This document shows, in pieces, positions 39,276 through 53,175 of a stretch of DNA of 64,000 nt. A program made the translations under genes and the position numbers. The DNA lies in the NCBI GenBank assembly GCA_013265495.1, contig MU058584.1, positions 1,524,616-1,588,615 on the forward strand, written 5' to 3'. The notes under the pieces are model-generated. The model had not been told where the DNA came from. It did not search any database and saw only the letters and a program-made list of their open reading frames with translations. The stretch comes from Vicugna vicugna. Lineage: Eukaryota. Position 1 is the first letter of the stretch. Each line of letters opens with the position of its first letter.

Positions 39276-39399
39276 TTACGAGAGAGACTGCCTGTTTCCC
39301 ATAGAAAAATGTTCTCCCCTTCATCTGAATAAGAGAATTCCTAATTACTGACAGCCACAGTGCACCCAGACTAAATGAAAGAATAAATAAATAATCATC

Positions 39400-39810
39400 C
39401 GAGCCTATGCTTCCTACACAGATTGCAATGGCTAGCGAGATGCATGGGGTCATTTGGTAAGCCTCTGAGGAACCTCTAAAAGGGGCTAACTTAGCTGGCT
39501 CAGCCAGCAGGTCTGGCTTTTTGCCTTCCTCCGTCCTGCTGCTCAGGACTTGGTCAAGGTGGCTGGAGCTGTAGCAGCCATCTTGACCTTGTGCTGGCTT
39601 TGACGGTCAAAGACGTGTTAAAGACAGCAGCAGCAACTGTTAGAAGAATTCTTGTCCCTGATGACTTTGAAGCTGACATCCCAGTCCTGGATCATCTATC
39701 TTTAGAACTCAGTTATGTGAGAGAAAAATAAGGCTCCGTCTCATTTAAGTCACGATTATTTAGATGTTCTAAAGTTGATGCACACCAACTTTAATTCTGA
39801 TTAATGTAAC
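39400..39810 (+). mobile_element. Old MaLR LTR (MLT1J/K-like)
   Basis: ggtggctggagctgtagcagccatcttgacc...gtccctgatgac...ttatgtgagagaaaaataa...tttaagtcac. Confidence 0.75.
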
Positions 39811-40219
39811 CTATGATATCAGTAATTAAAAACACACACATGTATATATATGGTATATATTCAACATAGGTGAGCAGAAGATCATCTTAATGTCCCCACT
39901 GAATTGGTATGTAACATGTGACACAGTGAGTGGTACAGACAGAGAAAAGCACAAGAAATAAATAGAAGGACTGATGGTATGTCACTGACGCTCTATGAAG
40001 TCCATAGGAAAAATCAAGCAGATCAAACCCATTCCAGCTAAAGTAAAAAAATTCTGGACATTTTCACATTGTATATTTGATTCACATATTACATTAAACA
40101 AAAACAGAAACTGACAGCTCTTTAAGTAGCTATTTTGATCCAGAAACTTAGTATTTTGGGCATGACTGACACTTTTCTAGGGAGCAAACCTATACCTCTT
40201 TTTCCGTCTACAATTCTTC

Positions 40220-40510
40220 CTATCCCAATAAATGCCCCTCTAACTCCTTCCCTTCTCACATCTAACTACACCTGTTCATCCTTCATCTCCACCTGAAAGG
40301 TCTTTTATCAAGGAGGCCTTCCTGCACCTCGTTGTTCAGCATCAAGTATCCAACACCTTTGTTTTTGTTTTTGTTTTAGACTCTGTCCTCTCCCCTCGAT
40401 TGTCAATTCTATATTAGTAGGAACCATGCCTGTCATTTCCACAACCATGTCCCCAGCACCTAGCACTGTGCCTGGTGCTTGGAGGGTTTTGAATAAATAA
40501 ATGACTGATC
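40220..40510 (+). mobile_element. L2 3' fragment
   Basis: ctgttcatccttca...ccccagcacctagcactgtgcctggtgc...gaataaataaatga. Confidence 0.7.
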
Positions 40511-41157
40511 GAGGAAAGTTCTTTCCTTGGCCTTACAACAGTCAAATATGAAGACTGGTCAGCTAATGTGGCCAGTCAAGATTTCAACCTAAATTGTAGC
40601 ATGACCAAAAAACTAGTAAGTGATTTTACGATTGTGTTTGATGGATTTTAATGCCAGCATTAGCCACTCTTGCCTTTTCTGCTCAGGAAAATAAAGATCC
40701 CTTTAGTCGATTTCTTTGATGAAACAAAGGGAGATGTCTGTGAGCACCAGCACCTAGCAGATAGAGAATTTTCCACCCGCCCATAAAGAAGACAGGTATC
40801 TCAAACCATTGACAAAGAGAGAGAAGCCTCCTGGCTGACAGCCCGTTTTTCCAACAATCCTCAGCCAAATGCAGCCGGCAAAAGAGCCAGTTGAATAGCA
40901 TTGTCTATGCCTGTGAGATATGATCATCTGGTGAGCGAAAATAAAATGTGTTCAAACTGGCACCAGTTGGAGCAGGGGCTGGGCAAGCAGAGTCAGCTTA
41001 CTGTGGTCATTAGGATGCTCCTACGCTAACCCTATTTAAACGTTTGTTCCTCTTACATCTGACATTGCTTGGAGGTTTCCTGATGGGCAAGATGAGGTCA
41101 CAAACAACACATGGTTTTAGGGTAATGTTCTCATTTCCTGTTAATCCACTTATTCCA

Positions 41158-41333
41158 CTCTTTTCTTTTTTCTTTTCTTTCTTTTCTTTTTTCTTTTGAT
41201 TTCTTTTCTTCCTTCCTACCTTTCTTCCTCTTTTTCTTTCTTCCTACATTTCTTTCTCTTTTTCTTTCTCCCTTTCTCCCTTTCTTTCTTTCTTTCTTTC
41301 TTCCTTCCTTCCTTCCTTCCTTCATTCCTTTCT
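41158..41333 (+). repeat. Polypyrimidine (TTTC)/(TTCC) low-complexity tract
   Basis: About 175 nt of almost pure C/T. Confidence 0.95.
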
Positions 41334-41699
41334 GAGTTTTAAATTCTTATCCCTAAACTGGTGAAATTCAATGATAACATCTTTTTATGAGCAGAGATTA
41401 CGTTAGTCAAGTCTAGAGGTAAGAATAAGAGTAAAGCTATGTCTATAATCACTATTGGAATTCCTCCTCTCAGGAAGAATCAACATGCTTTCTAACAACT
41501 GATTTTTTTTTTAATTTCTCAACTTACAATCAAGAACAAGTTCTCACTAAACCTCAGAAGCCAAAAGGGTGATCGTCACTGGTCATTTGAAATGTCCTCA
41601 GACTGTTTTTAATGCCTCTACTTGGTCACTTTCCTTAGTGTCAGTCATCTAAAATATGAAACTTTCAGTCTTATGTCTCCTCTTTACCACTCTGATTTA

Positions 41700-42410
41700 A
41701 AAAAAAAACAACTTTTCATTATAAAAATATCCATGTTTACCAAAAAATAGAGAGTGACATCCCCCAGCTTCAAGAGCCATCATCATTTTCATTTGACTCA
41801 TTGTCCTTCACATGCCCCCACCTCAGTTTTTTTATTACAGAAATTTGAATCAAATACTAGACTTCATTTTTTCTCCAAATGCTTTAGCTTGCATTTCAAA
41901 GGAAAGATTGTCTTACATCATCAAAATACCATTATTATACTTAACAAAATCAACAATAATTTCTAAATCCTGTCTAATGTCCAGTTCACATTGCTGTGCC
42001 CCATTTGTCTAAAAAATGATTTTTTATAGGTAGCTTGTACAATCAGAATACAAAGAAAGCCTACTTATTGGATTTTTATATCTGTAAATATCTTTTAAGT
42101 TTCTCTTAATCCAGAACCATCTAGTGTCCTTCCCTTTTTAATTTGTGTTTTCCAGTTATTAGCTTACTGATTGACTTATTGAAGATACTAAGTTAGAATG
42201 GTTCATATTCTGAATTTGTCTATTTCTAGTGTCATTTAATTAGTTTCTCGATTTCTTATATTTTTATGGACTGAATGTTACATCAAAAAACGTGGATTCT
42301 GTTTCAATTTGTTTTTGGAATACTTCATAGTTGGTAGCATGGTCTCTGTAATTAGGAAGTGAAAAATAGTTGTTTATCTATTTTTAATGAGGACAAAATT
42401 GATCAGGGGC
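41700..42410 (-). mobile_element. Old L1 (L1MC/ME-like) 3' fragment
   Basis: aatactagacttca...caaaataccattattatacttaacaaaatcaacaataatttc...catattctgaatttgtct...aaaattgatcag. Confidence 0.7.
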
Positions 42411-43334
42411 CCAGTCACTCCAATATTTTGACTTAACTTCTCTTCGCAATGTGAGACCTTGTCCAGCTCTCAGTCTCCCGTCCGGCTGATTCAGTGCTGG
42501 CAGCGACTCGATAATGGGTTCCTAAAAGCAATTTGAAAAACACTACCCCAAGTCCTGCTTCTGAACAGGCACACGTAATGGTTTCGTGGCTGGCATATCA
42601 CAGGCCTCTGAATGGATCTCTCGGGGGCTTTATAGGACAAAATACTGTGATCACTGCAGTCTGAAAACTGAGCCTAACTTTAGGAGGCATTAGAGAAATT
42701 GACGGGGATTGATAAACCCACATGAAGCATATTCTCAACAGTTTCTGGGATAAAAAGCTAGACATATTTGTCGCCACGTCTATAAATAAAGGAGAAAAGT
42801 TGGACCAGCTGATGTATTAAGACTGTTTTAGTTATCAAAGTCTATGTCTTCATGCTGACATCAACCACGCTCTGTGTGCAGTGACCTTGGACAAGTTGTG
42901 CCCTGCCTGTGAGCACTGAGTATCACTCTGTGTATCAAAAAATCAAAGGCTTGTGTCTCAAGGAGTAAAGATTCAGTGTTAAAAACACATCTGCTCCGTC
43001 AACCTGGAAGGATGTATTCCAGATTCCAACTTCAGGGGCATACATAAGTTACTTGTACATGCTGACACTTTTAACCACTGGTTAACTTATCAAACGTGAG
43101 TGGAGGAATCACAAAAAATCACAGGGACAAAAAATTTTGATTATATGAAAGCAGCAAACTAAAAATGAGAAACATCTTTCCATCCACCTGGACCTTCATA
43201 ATATTCCTTATGAATACTCACATTTGTATTGAACCACATGCTCAGGAAATGGCTCCTCGCTGACAAAAGAAAGACACATTGGCAATCCTCTTCTTCAACC
43301 TACTGCAAAGATTTTGGATTGACAACAGGCAGAA

Positions 43335-43710
43335 ACTCTTGGGATGTTCAGACTGGAAAGGAGAAGACTTTGGGAGATGTGGGGACTCTCTTCAAACACT
43401 TCAAGGTGTGCTCTGTGGAGGATGAGCTAGGATCATTCTGGGTGGTTCCAGAGATGGGAGAGCACCTGCAGGGCCAAAGGATGAGCAGATGAAGGAGATA
43501 GGATGGAGCTGAAAACAGGGAAGGACTTAACGAGAGTAAGTAAGACATGATTGGATATCTCTCCTAGTTGTAAGAATATCTGTATCTGGAATTGTTCAAG
43601 TTGAAGCTAGATGCATGGATCCCCAAATCTCTAGACTCTCTGGCTTTGGGTAGCAGGTTGGAGGCTATAGTCAGCATAACTTGCCAATTCTAACTCAGTG
43701 ATTCAATACT
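43335..43710 (+). mobile_element. L3/CR1 LINE 3' end (ORF2 C-terminus)
   Basis: Translates with one frameshift to GMFRLERRRL-GDVGTLFKHFKVCSVEDELGSFWVVPE, matching CR1 [23 protein letters not shown]; followed by ctggaattgttcaag and ccaattctaactcagtgattc tail. Confidence 0.8.
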
Positions 43711-44411
43711 TTCTTACTCATTTTCAGCCCCATTTTTTCTCTATAAAGCTTTCAGTCAAAACGTCTGTGAGTAATAATTTCTCTGCTGCCTGATTTCCTA
43801 GTATGTCTCTTATTTGTTCCATACATGTTGGGGCTTCCATTTATCACTTTGCTTTATATTGCATTTACATCTTTCTCAACTGCTTCATATAAACTGCCAC
43901 TATCTCTCCTCCTCTCTGTAAGACTGCATGCTCCTTTATATTGTGGGCACTGTGTAGTATGTTCTTTTTTTATGCCCCCCATGGTGCCATGTTCATGACT
44001 GAACACATGGTTTTCATGCAATAAATACATGTTGATACGGATTGAACTGATGTTCAGGGACTTCCATCCGAGAAAGCAAAGCTGTATTGCGAAGACTTCA
44101 CTCTGAAGGGAAAAAAAAAATCCAAGTGTGTTCCTCATCAGGGCTCCCCTGAATTCTTCCAAAGATGTTCAGTGTTCCTGCCAGCCCCATCCTCTTCCTT
44201 TCTCTCCACCTCTCCTCGTGCCCTCCTTCCCACAACCCACTTCAGCCTAAGCAAAGCAGCTGCCTTGGCTTTATCTCTTGTTTTGATAAATTCATCTATT
44301 TTTTTAAGAGGACAAAGGAAAGAATTTTGTAACAGAAACCTTTCCTGGGGTAACTGAAAGAAAAAATTCTTTTCGTTCATTTTCTGTTGGGATAAGATGA
44401 GTGAAGTAGAA

Positions 44412-44472
44412 TACACACTCACACAAATATGTACACATACAGACACACACACACATACAGACACACACACAC
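44412..44472 (+). repeat. (CA)n-rich microsatellite
   Basis: Directly visible. Confidence 0.9.
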
Positions 44473-47334
44473 AAAGGGTTCTGAAGCCTCAGTTTTAGTC
44501 TTATCTCTCCAAGTGCACTAGCAGTGCAATCCTGTGTTACTTCTTTGTGTCTCAGCGCAGCTATGAAGTGGAGATGATCATACTTGCCCTACTGACCTTA
44601 TAAGGATTCTGTGGCCATGAAATGAGAAAATGAATGTGAAAACACCGTGTAAATGATAAAGTCTACATAGGTATCAAGCATTGTTGTTGGTTTCATTAAT
44701 ACATCAAAAGCAAACCAGCCTTTGCCCCTCAGTGAAGATTTGTCATGTTCCAATTTAAAGGAGATAATCCTTTGCAGATGATTGAGGTGTGTTTCTCGCT
44801 CAATGCCTTTTGAGAAGAGAGGACTCCCAGAGCACAACTAAAATCAAATGATCTTCTCGTATATTTCAGGCTTACAGAAAGCTGTGACCACTGCATTGTT
44901 AAACACGTGGAGTCAAGCACATGGAAACCGTGGGAAGTCAATTGCTGTTGGTTGGTTTGTTTCTGAAAGGGAAGAGTTCTCATTCAACACTTAAGTGTAT
45001 GTGCTCCCATTCTCTGTTCTTATTCCTAATGCTTTCAAATTACAATGCCAACCCCCAAAACTGATTTTTTATAGGTATTCTTTCTTGCACAACAATATAG
45101 AGAGCTGTTTTTTGAAAGATGAAGAATGGCGGTGGAAATGCTTAACGTTCCTGTGTAATTTGCTAATGCTTGCAGAAATAGAAATGTAATGCCAGTGGCA
45201 GATGCTTCATACAAATGAAAAAAAAATTAAAGTAATCAAATGTATAACCTCTTGTTAAGAGAGAAACATGTGAGATAATGCTTAATTTGGATTTTCACTA
45301 TCTTTGGATTTATTGTAATGTGCACTATAAACATTCCACTGATTTCAGAATTTTTATTTTTTTCCTAATGTGTAGAAATAAATATAAATTATTAGCATTC
45401 TTATTTTCCAAGTCTGGTGTCCTCAGAGTCCCCCAGTGACAGCCACTGATGCCACATCAAGACTGGCTCAGGTTGTGAGGTGATCATGGCTACAGCGGGA
45501 GGCACATGACCTGCCTACACCCATCAGCTGGTAGACTATGATCTCAGCTCTATGTTTATAGAATGAGATGCTGGACTGTGATCCAGTCCTGAGAGGCCTT
45601 TGTCCATTGACTTCCAGCTGTCTCGCACGTCCGCAGTGGTGATGCCCTCATTCGTGCTGACGTCGTCTGCATTACCTGTCTTCTGTGTTGGTCTCGCTAA
45701 CTAGCACTTCCGCATCCCACCAGAGAGTTGGAAGATCAATCTTTGATTGCCTGGCAAACTACTATATCCTTGAGACAGCCCTTCCCTGGAATCTTGGCTA
45801 GCACGCTTCATTGTCCTCAGAAGCTGTCTAAAAGTCGTGGACTCTTACATACCAGAGGACCAAGGGCCACAGAACAGAACACACCACTCTACCCCCAGCC
45901 TTCCTTCGACGGTGGGCCTCCCCTGACCTGAAATTCTAGTGTCAGTTGAAAAATGTGTAAGTATGATAAATGCATTCATTAACTTGCTATGTCTTGTGTC
46001 GAGTCCCACAATCCGCAGTGAGAGCTCTCTCTCTTATGACTGAAACTATGACTGGACTCACGTTGTGTCTGCTACTGTTGAGGCCGATCCGTTGCCTATA
46101 GCCACATGGTTATATCCCACCTGATAGCTTAGATGCTCTTCCCCAGCTGGAGGTACTTCCCTTCTCCCCTTCTGGGCGGTTTAGTGCCATAACCCTGTTC
46201 TCTTTGCTCCTGGATTCTGCTCTCTTTGCCTTTGCCTGTATTTTGGTAATCTCTGTGTATTCTACCCCAAAACCTTCCAAAGGAAAAAAAAAAGGTGAAG
46301 ACTCTATGCAGCTGCGTCTGAATTTTAGCAAGGACTTTTTTTCATATCGTTCACAGCATAATATATAATTCATCTTTTGTGTAATATGGCAGAACTGGAT
46401 ATGGTCCTGTGTCGCTTTCTTTAATGGATTTTATTTTGCAGCTCTATACAGAAGGTTTATATTCCTTAAGGGCAGGTAAGAATCACCTTTAATTTATTTG
46501 ATGTGTCTCACATGTCTTCTTAAATAAAGAATGGATAAAGTTCAATGAAGAACAAGAGCGTTTTTAGGCTTGGGAGACCTGGGTTCTTATACCAACTCTA
46601 TATGGCCATGATTAAGCCATTTGTTTCTTTGAATTTTAGTTTCACAATCTGTAGAAACAGAAAAGGTAGACCAAATTATACACACTTTTTTAATAGCTCT
46701 AACATTTAATGGTGAATTTTAAGTTAAAATTCTAATAATTGCAATACTGAATGTTATCTGTTTGAAAATATACGGTATTCTGAATTAAAGGCTAATATTG
46801 GCATTTCAATGTGGTTGGAATGACTATTATTGTATATTCACATCGGCTTGCTTCAACAGCAGTACAGTGATATGGAAACCAAAAGACATGTATGTACTTA
46901 TTTCCTACTTTTAGGGTTTTAGCCTCTATCACCATGACTGCCAAGTGGAGAAGTCACATAAAAAGAGCCTTGGGCTGGGTAATTTGAGAGCATCTGCATA
47001 CCCTAAGCCAAACTAGTTTACTGATCCAAGATTCAATGTTTTCAGCTGAGAAATGGGCATAACTGTAACTATCTCATGCATTTCATAAACTTGCCTATAA
47101 CTTACGAGAAAGCAATTTGTGAATATCACATACGAATCAAATAAAGCTAATGTAAACAAATTTAAATAACTTCTAAACTAATCAAATGTATAGTCACTAT
47201 TACCTAAAGCAGAGGCAAGTAGTTCAATACCAATAAAGCCAGATGTTGACACAAGCCAGTGAGACAGGTGAGTGATACACGATGAATGATATCCTGCACT
47301 GGATCTCTGCTTTTTAAGAGTATTATTAAGTGAT

Positions 47335-47600
47335 GGGGACTGTGGCAGGCTAGAAAGTACATGCTGTGTCTAAAGGACTGGTGGCTTCTAATCGCCAAGC
47401 AATTATTGCCCTGTGGAAAGGCAGACCCAGTGTGGGCAGAATTTCCAATTTTTCTGTGGAATCTGGAAATCCAGACTGGTAGGTGAAATTTCCCAGTCTT
47501 TATTTATATGTTGGCAAATGGTTCAAATTTAAAGCAGTATATGGGTCAACATTAGCTAGGTCAAACAAAATACACCTTCAGGCAAGCATTCAACATCTGA
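47335..47600. mobile_element. MER102-like hAT-Charlie element
   Basis: gcagacccagtgtgggcagaatttccaattttt...ctggaaatccagact...gtgaaatttccc...tcaaacaaaatacacct. Confidence 0.7.
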
Positions 47601-49109
47601 CCTAATCTTTAACGAACCCTATAGCTCCAATCCTTTCTGAAGGCACTTATGGGTCTTTCCAGTTACTTCGAGGACGGCTTCTTTCCCTTCACGATAATGA
47701 TCACAAGGGATTTAATTTGAGATTTGAGTGAGTGAAGCCAGAGACCCCTGGAGAAATATGCGATGACAGTTCTAAGAAATGGAAAATGCAGGATTGGTGA
47801 GCAAATGTGCATCTTGCTTACCACCCGAAAAGGAGATTCCCTGGATGCCTGTAAGGATGGTTACCAAAATGATGGCTGGCAACACACAGTCAGATGCTAT
47901 TACAGCACACTAGAGCAGATCCAGTCTCCAGGTCCCCAGGAACCCTTTCCTTTCATTGGTTCTACACTACAGATTACTTCTGAAACCAGCATGTTATTCT
48001 ATTAGAGAGCAGACTGTATGCTTCACAAAGACAGAGTGTCTAATTCATCTTTGACCCCCACACTATGTTGAACATAGTATCTTACACATAATACTCAGTG
48101 AGGATTGGTGAATATGGACCAAATGTGTAAGTTTATATATGTCAGAAGACAGTGCATTTTCTGAAGACCATGGGGTAGAATTCAAAACAAAACCAAACTA
48201 AAGAGAGGAAGGGAAGAAGGAAAAGAATGGGAGAGGAATTTACCAACATGGTTCTGCTCTCGTTTCTACAATCATATAGCTGAATAATCTTGAACGAGTC
48301 ACTTCAAAACTCCAGGACTTAACTTCAACATCAGCAACTTGCCAATGTTGCATTAGATACTAAATTCCTTTCTAGCTCTAACGGACTATGATTGTCTTCT
48401 ATCCCTGAAACCCACAGGGATGCCTACAGAATATTTTTGAAAAACATTTTGGAAAAACTAGATTTCTGCTTTGTTTTTGCCTCTTGGAAAGCCTGAGCCA
48501 GACTCCTCAGCCATTTTTTTGGTCCCCAGGTTCATTTTCTGATATTGGCTCCAAATGAAAAACAGTTGCTCTTCCCTTTATAACACTTACTTTTTTAAAA
48601 GCACCACGCTGTATTTCCCTCTCTGGACATATTAATGATCTAGTCAAACAACACTCCAACCCAGTTCTAGCTACTCAAGAGGTCAAAGGAAGTATAATCA
48701 AACAGCCTCCTAATGGGAAATTCCAAGAAATAAAACCAGTTTCTTGAGCTGCTGAGATAAAGTTAAGGTTGAAATACATTTCCTCACTTCTGCTCAGAAA
48801 TGGAAGAGTAGAGCTACCCTGGAAGTCAGGAGACAGGTGTTCCAGGAATTTCGATAGATGCCTGACAGGCCCGCATTCATCATTCAGTCCACCATGAGAA
48901 ATGGTGATTGGAGACTGATGATATCAAACTGCTTAATCTCCCTCTCATCACACTGCCTTTCCCTGAACCCTGCTGCACGATGTTCCGGAATAGAGACAGT
49001 CATACATTTGCCTCTGACGGCAGCTTCTGATTATCAGCAGCCAGGACCAGCCTGAGTCTACTCGTGAAGTGGAAGTTTCTCTTTAGCCTTGTAGCCACTT
49101 TATTTTTGG

Positions 49110-49600
49110 TCATTCACTTATTCACTTGCTTCAACATTTATTTATTCATTCATTCAACATTCATCGGCCACCTTTTCTGGCCAGGCACAGCTCTGTTCCC
49201 TGGGATCTGAACACAAACCACCCATTTGTTGATTGAATAATGGGTGAGTGAATGAATGAACGAATGAATGAACAAGAAACTTCGTTCTCACTGCCATGGC
49301 ACTCCCAGTCCAGTGGGGAAGACAGACCAGTAGGAGACCATAACAGTTCATCACGGTGAGTGTGATGGGGCGCGTAAAGGGAACGTCGATGCTCCCAGAG
49401 AGGCTCATGGAGAGATCTTGTAGGCAGCTGTCTGTAGCAGCCAGTCTCTCAGAATGGTAATCTGGTCTAGAAAGTTTGAGATCCTCAGCAGGCGGACAGT
49501 TCAACTCTGAAGTGAATGAGATCACATGGGAGGGAAGGACAAAGAGAGGGTAAAAGGAGAGGCTCGAGACCAGAAGCCTGGGAAACAATGATGCTTCAGG
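49110..49600 (-). mobile_element. L2 3' region
   Basis: ttcattcattcaacattc...cactgccatggcactcccagtccagtggggaagacagac. Confidence 0.7.
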
Positions 49601-50954
49601 GCATGGCCATAGTCCTCTCCCTGAAGCACTGTGGTCTGAAGTCTAACTTTCATTACACCAGACACCTTCTGTGTTTAGTCTCCGCATGCACAGCCCCGAG
49701 GGAATCTCTTTGGGTGTTTTTCATGTTTAAGTGAAAAAGACTGATTTAACTTAAATCTCTAGCCTTCAGTGGCAGAGCTGGGGGAAGTTATAGATAGTTG
49801 TAATACTAAATTTCAATCAAGTCTGAAATTCTGACTGTGGAATTTCAAATGTGAAGTTCAAAAAGCGAGAAAGGATTTTTAAGGGAATGAGTCTTCTCCG
49901 CTGATCATGAAATTAAACCTGTTGTCCCCTCTGCTTGTGGGTCAAGTCTGGCTCATCCACTGTACCTATAAATATTTTTGTTTGCTATATTTGTGTTTGT
50001 GTATTAAAAAATCTGTTGTTGCTATAGTTAAGATATTATGAGAATAATAATACAGGTTGTTATTATTGGTATTATTATTAATAAGGTTCCTATTAAATCA
50101 GGCACCGTGACAGGTAATTTACATACATTGTCTCACTCAATTCTCAAAACAAAGATTTAGGATAAAAGAGCAAGAAGCAGAACTGAAACCTTTGTTTGGA
50201 TTATATAGGAAAGTATTTTTTAAAATGATACTTTAGGAACTGAAGTCTATACTAGAACTATTAGTTAAAAGCATGATGCTTAATATTTTATGAAAATTAT
50301 GTTTATTTATCAATATAACTAAAAGAACATGGATGAATTTTCTTAAAATGAATGCACTTATTACTGAAGAGACTGAAATAAACAGCAAATTGTTGGTATC
50401 TCCTATCATGTCATGATAATAATTCTGATGACTTTCTTATTGTATTGCAAATATTGGCTCCATGCCTTTAGGAAAAAAAAAAAATCTACTCTAATGCTCG
50501 TCTGAGATAATTTTTGTCATCTTAAAAGGATGTGTGCTTCATTGGATAAATCAAATAAATGGATTTTCATTTCAAAGTCCATCTGGTGTGCTGGAGAAGA
50601 AACCAAGCTAGGGTTAGGAGGGTCCTTGTCTTTCTGTGGGCACTTCCTCACGTGACCTTGTGCAAGTCACTCACCCTGCTTGTACAGTAGTGCTCACTGC
50701 AAATATTTGCTACAGTAATGGATCCTTCATAGAGAAAAGCATCACATATCGGAGTCTTTTGGGGAAGACTGGAAGATTGAGGACCTATAAATCCCAAAGG
50801 GAAGCAGTGCATCATGCTTGTTGCTCCTCACTCCACTTCCAGCCCTGCCCCCCGATAGCCGTTTCCTCCATTTCAGTCATGTAAGGGGCTTTTCCAGCTG
50901 AATGCATTCTCCGCAATGAGTACAATAATCATCATCTAAAATCTTAATTTAATA

Positions 50955-51195
50955 ATCTTAATTTATTGAGTCTACGCTATGTTCCAGGCACTGTTCTAAA
51001 TGATTTATATACATCAAATCATTTAATTCTCCCAAAAATGCAATGAACTGCAGATATGATCATCTGCAATATATAGAAAAAGAAACTGGGGCACAGAGAG
51101 CTTAATAGCTTGCAAGAAAAATTGTATTTGTTTTAAAAGGACAAGTGAGAGTTCAACCCCAAGCAGTCTGACTCCATATTCTACCTTTTAATATG
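50955..51195 (-). mobile_element. MIR SINE
   Basis: tttattgagtctacgctatgttccaggcactgttctaa...gaaactggggcacagagag...aaccccaagcagtctgactcc. Confidence 0.85.
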
Positions 51196-51432
51196 ACTCA
51201 AATCATTTTCCCTTAAGGTGGACTGCTATCACAGTAATCTCATAGCACGTCTGCTCATTTTAGTCTTTCCATACCCTTTTGTAAGTCCCCTTATGGAAGC
51301 AAATGTGTTTTATTTATCTATTTTCTCAGGACACAGCACAGTATCTGACACAGGGAAGGGCCTTATGATAATTGAATGAATGTGTAACCACGTTCCCTAG
51401 GAGCACGCTGTAACTTTGAAAACCTCTCTTAA

Positions 51433-51622
51433 GGCAGAGGTTTGAAATCCAAGACCCTCTAAGGGTCAATGAATGGGTCTCAGCTTGTCTAAGAACACCT
51501 CATGGCCAAGAATTGTAGGCAATATGTTATGGATACATTTCTTTCGTCCTGTAGGGAGAGACTCCATCACTTTCAACAGAACCTAAAGGGGTCTGTGTCC
51601 CAAAAAACTTTCTAGGGCAACC
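51433..51622. mobile_element. MER103C-like hAT-Charlie element
   Basis: gggagagactccatcactttcaacagaacctaaaggggtctgtgtcccaaaaaa. Confidence 0.7.
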
Positions 51623-53079
51623 AGAAGCCTCATTGGCTGCTGGGAATGGGTTTTCCTACCTGACTTGACTAGAAGTAGAATTGTGCCGATCATTATTATA
51701 GGAGTGAAGTGGCTAAATTATCTTGCCCGTAGCAGTACCAGACCATAACAAAATGCCAACTTTAATCACACTTAGAGGAAGTTCTTTTTTCTACAATCTT
51801 TATTATTAAAATAGAAGCACTTAAAAATATTGTTAACAAAAAGCTACAGTAAGTAAAAGTCAGTTAATGATGTTTAATTAATTTTTTTTCAGAAATATTG
51901 TGTTGTGTCTTTTATGTGGACCAATTTCCATGCATCTTTTTTTTTTGGTTCATGTTAGTGATTAATTGCAAAGGAATTAATGAAATTGATCAAGTAACAA
52001 TGTACATTAGTCTTTTAGTTGAGTAAAAAATCAAGAATAACTCTGGAATTACCTATTCCCTGGACATAACCTCGGCTAATATACAATCTATTTCGTCCTC
52101 CCTCAGTTTCTGTTGATACCATTTAATAATGGTTCTTTTTTTGATGCTGTATACCCTTCTTACGTTGTTTAGATTGATTTCTCATTTGGAAAATACTATA
52201 TTTGTCTTCTCAGGTTGGAGATTTCCTTAAGTGTCTAAGAGATGATAGATGAAAGATTCAGAAGCATCTATTAGGTTAAATTCGACATACATTTACTGAG
52301 CACTTCTTGTTTGCCTGGGATTCTGCAGAGATTCTAGGAGGTATTTAGGGGAGCCAAAGATACAGCCTTGCCATAAAGAAACTTGTATTCCAGTATGTAG
52401 TTATGAGTGTCTTTAAACATTAGGCTTAGTGGTTTAGAGTTGATGTACAGACAAGAAATATCTACAGTGGATACTTGAACAGGAGCAGATAATGATAAAA
52501 ATGGAAAGCTTAATATGTCACAGTTCTGAAAGCTGAATGAAAGTGTGATGAAGTTGAATGAATGGAAGCTATTGTAGACTTTTGTGTTATCCAGCCAAAC
52601 TTGATAAATATGGGGTGGTTCCGTGGTCATAGAAATGAAGGGGAGAAGATGGAAATAAGAGATGCCTGGGGAAGATGTAAAGTCTTGGAGGGCTATGTTA
52701 TTCCAATCAGTCATAAGGCTGACTAGGCTCACATCTCCTTCTGGGGGAAACTGTCTCACTTACACACTCTTACATGAAGAAAGAGCCTCACGTTTATTAC
52801 CATATGCACCTCATCCCTCCTTCCTGGAGATAGTTAATTCATCCAATAATACACTTCTTCCATGAGATCAGTCAATTTATATACACATTATGGATTGACC
52901 TGGTATGAAAGGATGAGCTACATCAGTCTTTGTCCCTAGAATTTAAACTTAAAAAACAAACAAATGAACAAACAGCACCAGAAGAAAATAGTCAGATGCA
53001 GAAATTGAAACTAGAAAAATTACACCAAGATAGAAATATGTAGGACTCATATTAGAATATTAGTCACATTAGAATAGGG

Positions 53080-53175
53080 GCATATTAGTTTGGATAAATT
53101 TTGACTAAAATGATGATGGCATAAATGTATGTTTATTTTTCCATATCAGACCAAAAGTTAGCAATCCAGGGCTAG
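53080..53175 (-). mobile_element. MaLR LTR (MLT1J-like), left piece; continues at 56055
   Basis: tattagtttgg...gtttatttttcc...gcaatccagggctag. Confidence 0.55.

Noticed and set aside
41131..41325. Lys/Arg/Glu-rich ORF (similarly 20143-20436 and 5427-5630)
   Set aside because: Translations of simple repeats or poly-A runs.
46430..46481. Possible 34-nt micro-exon (ttttattttgcag|...ggcag|gtaaga)
   Set aside because: Not a multiple of three, overlaps L2-like 3'-end sequence, and has no partner exons; chance is sufficient.
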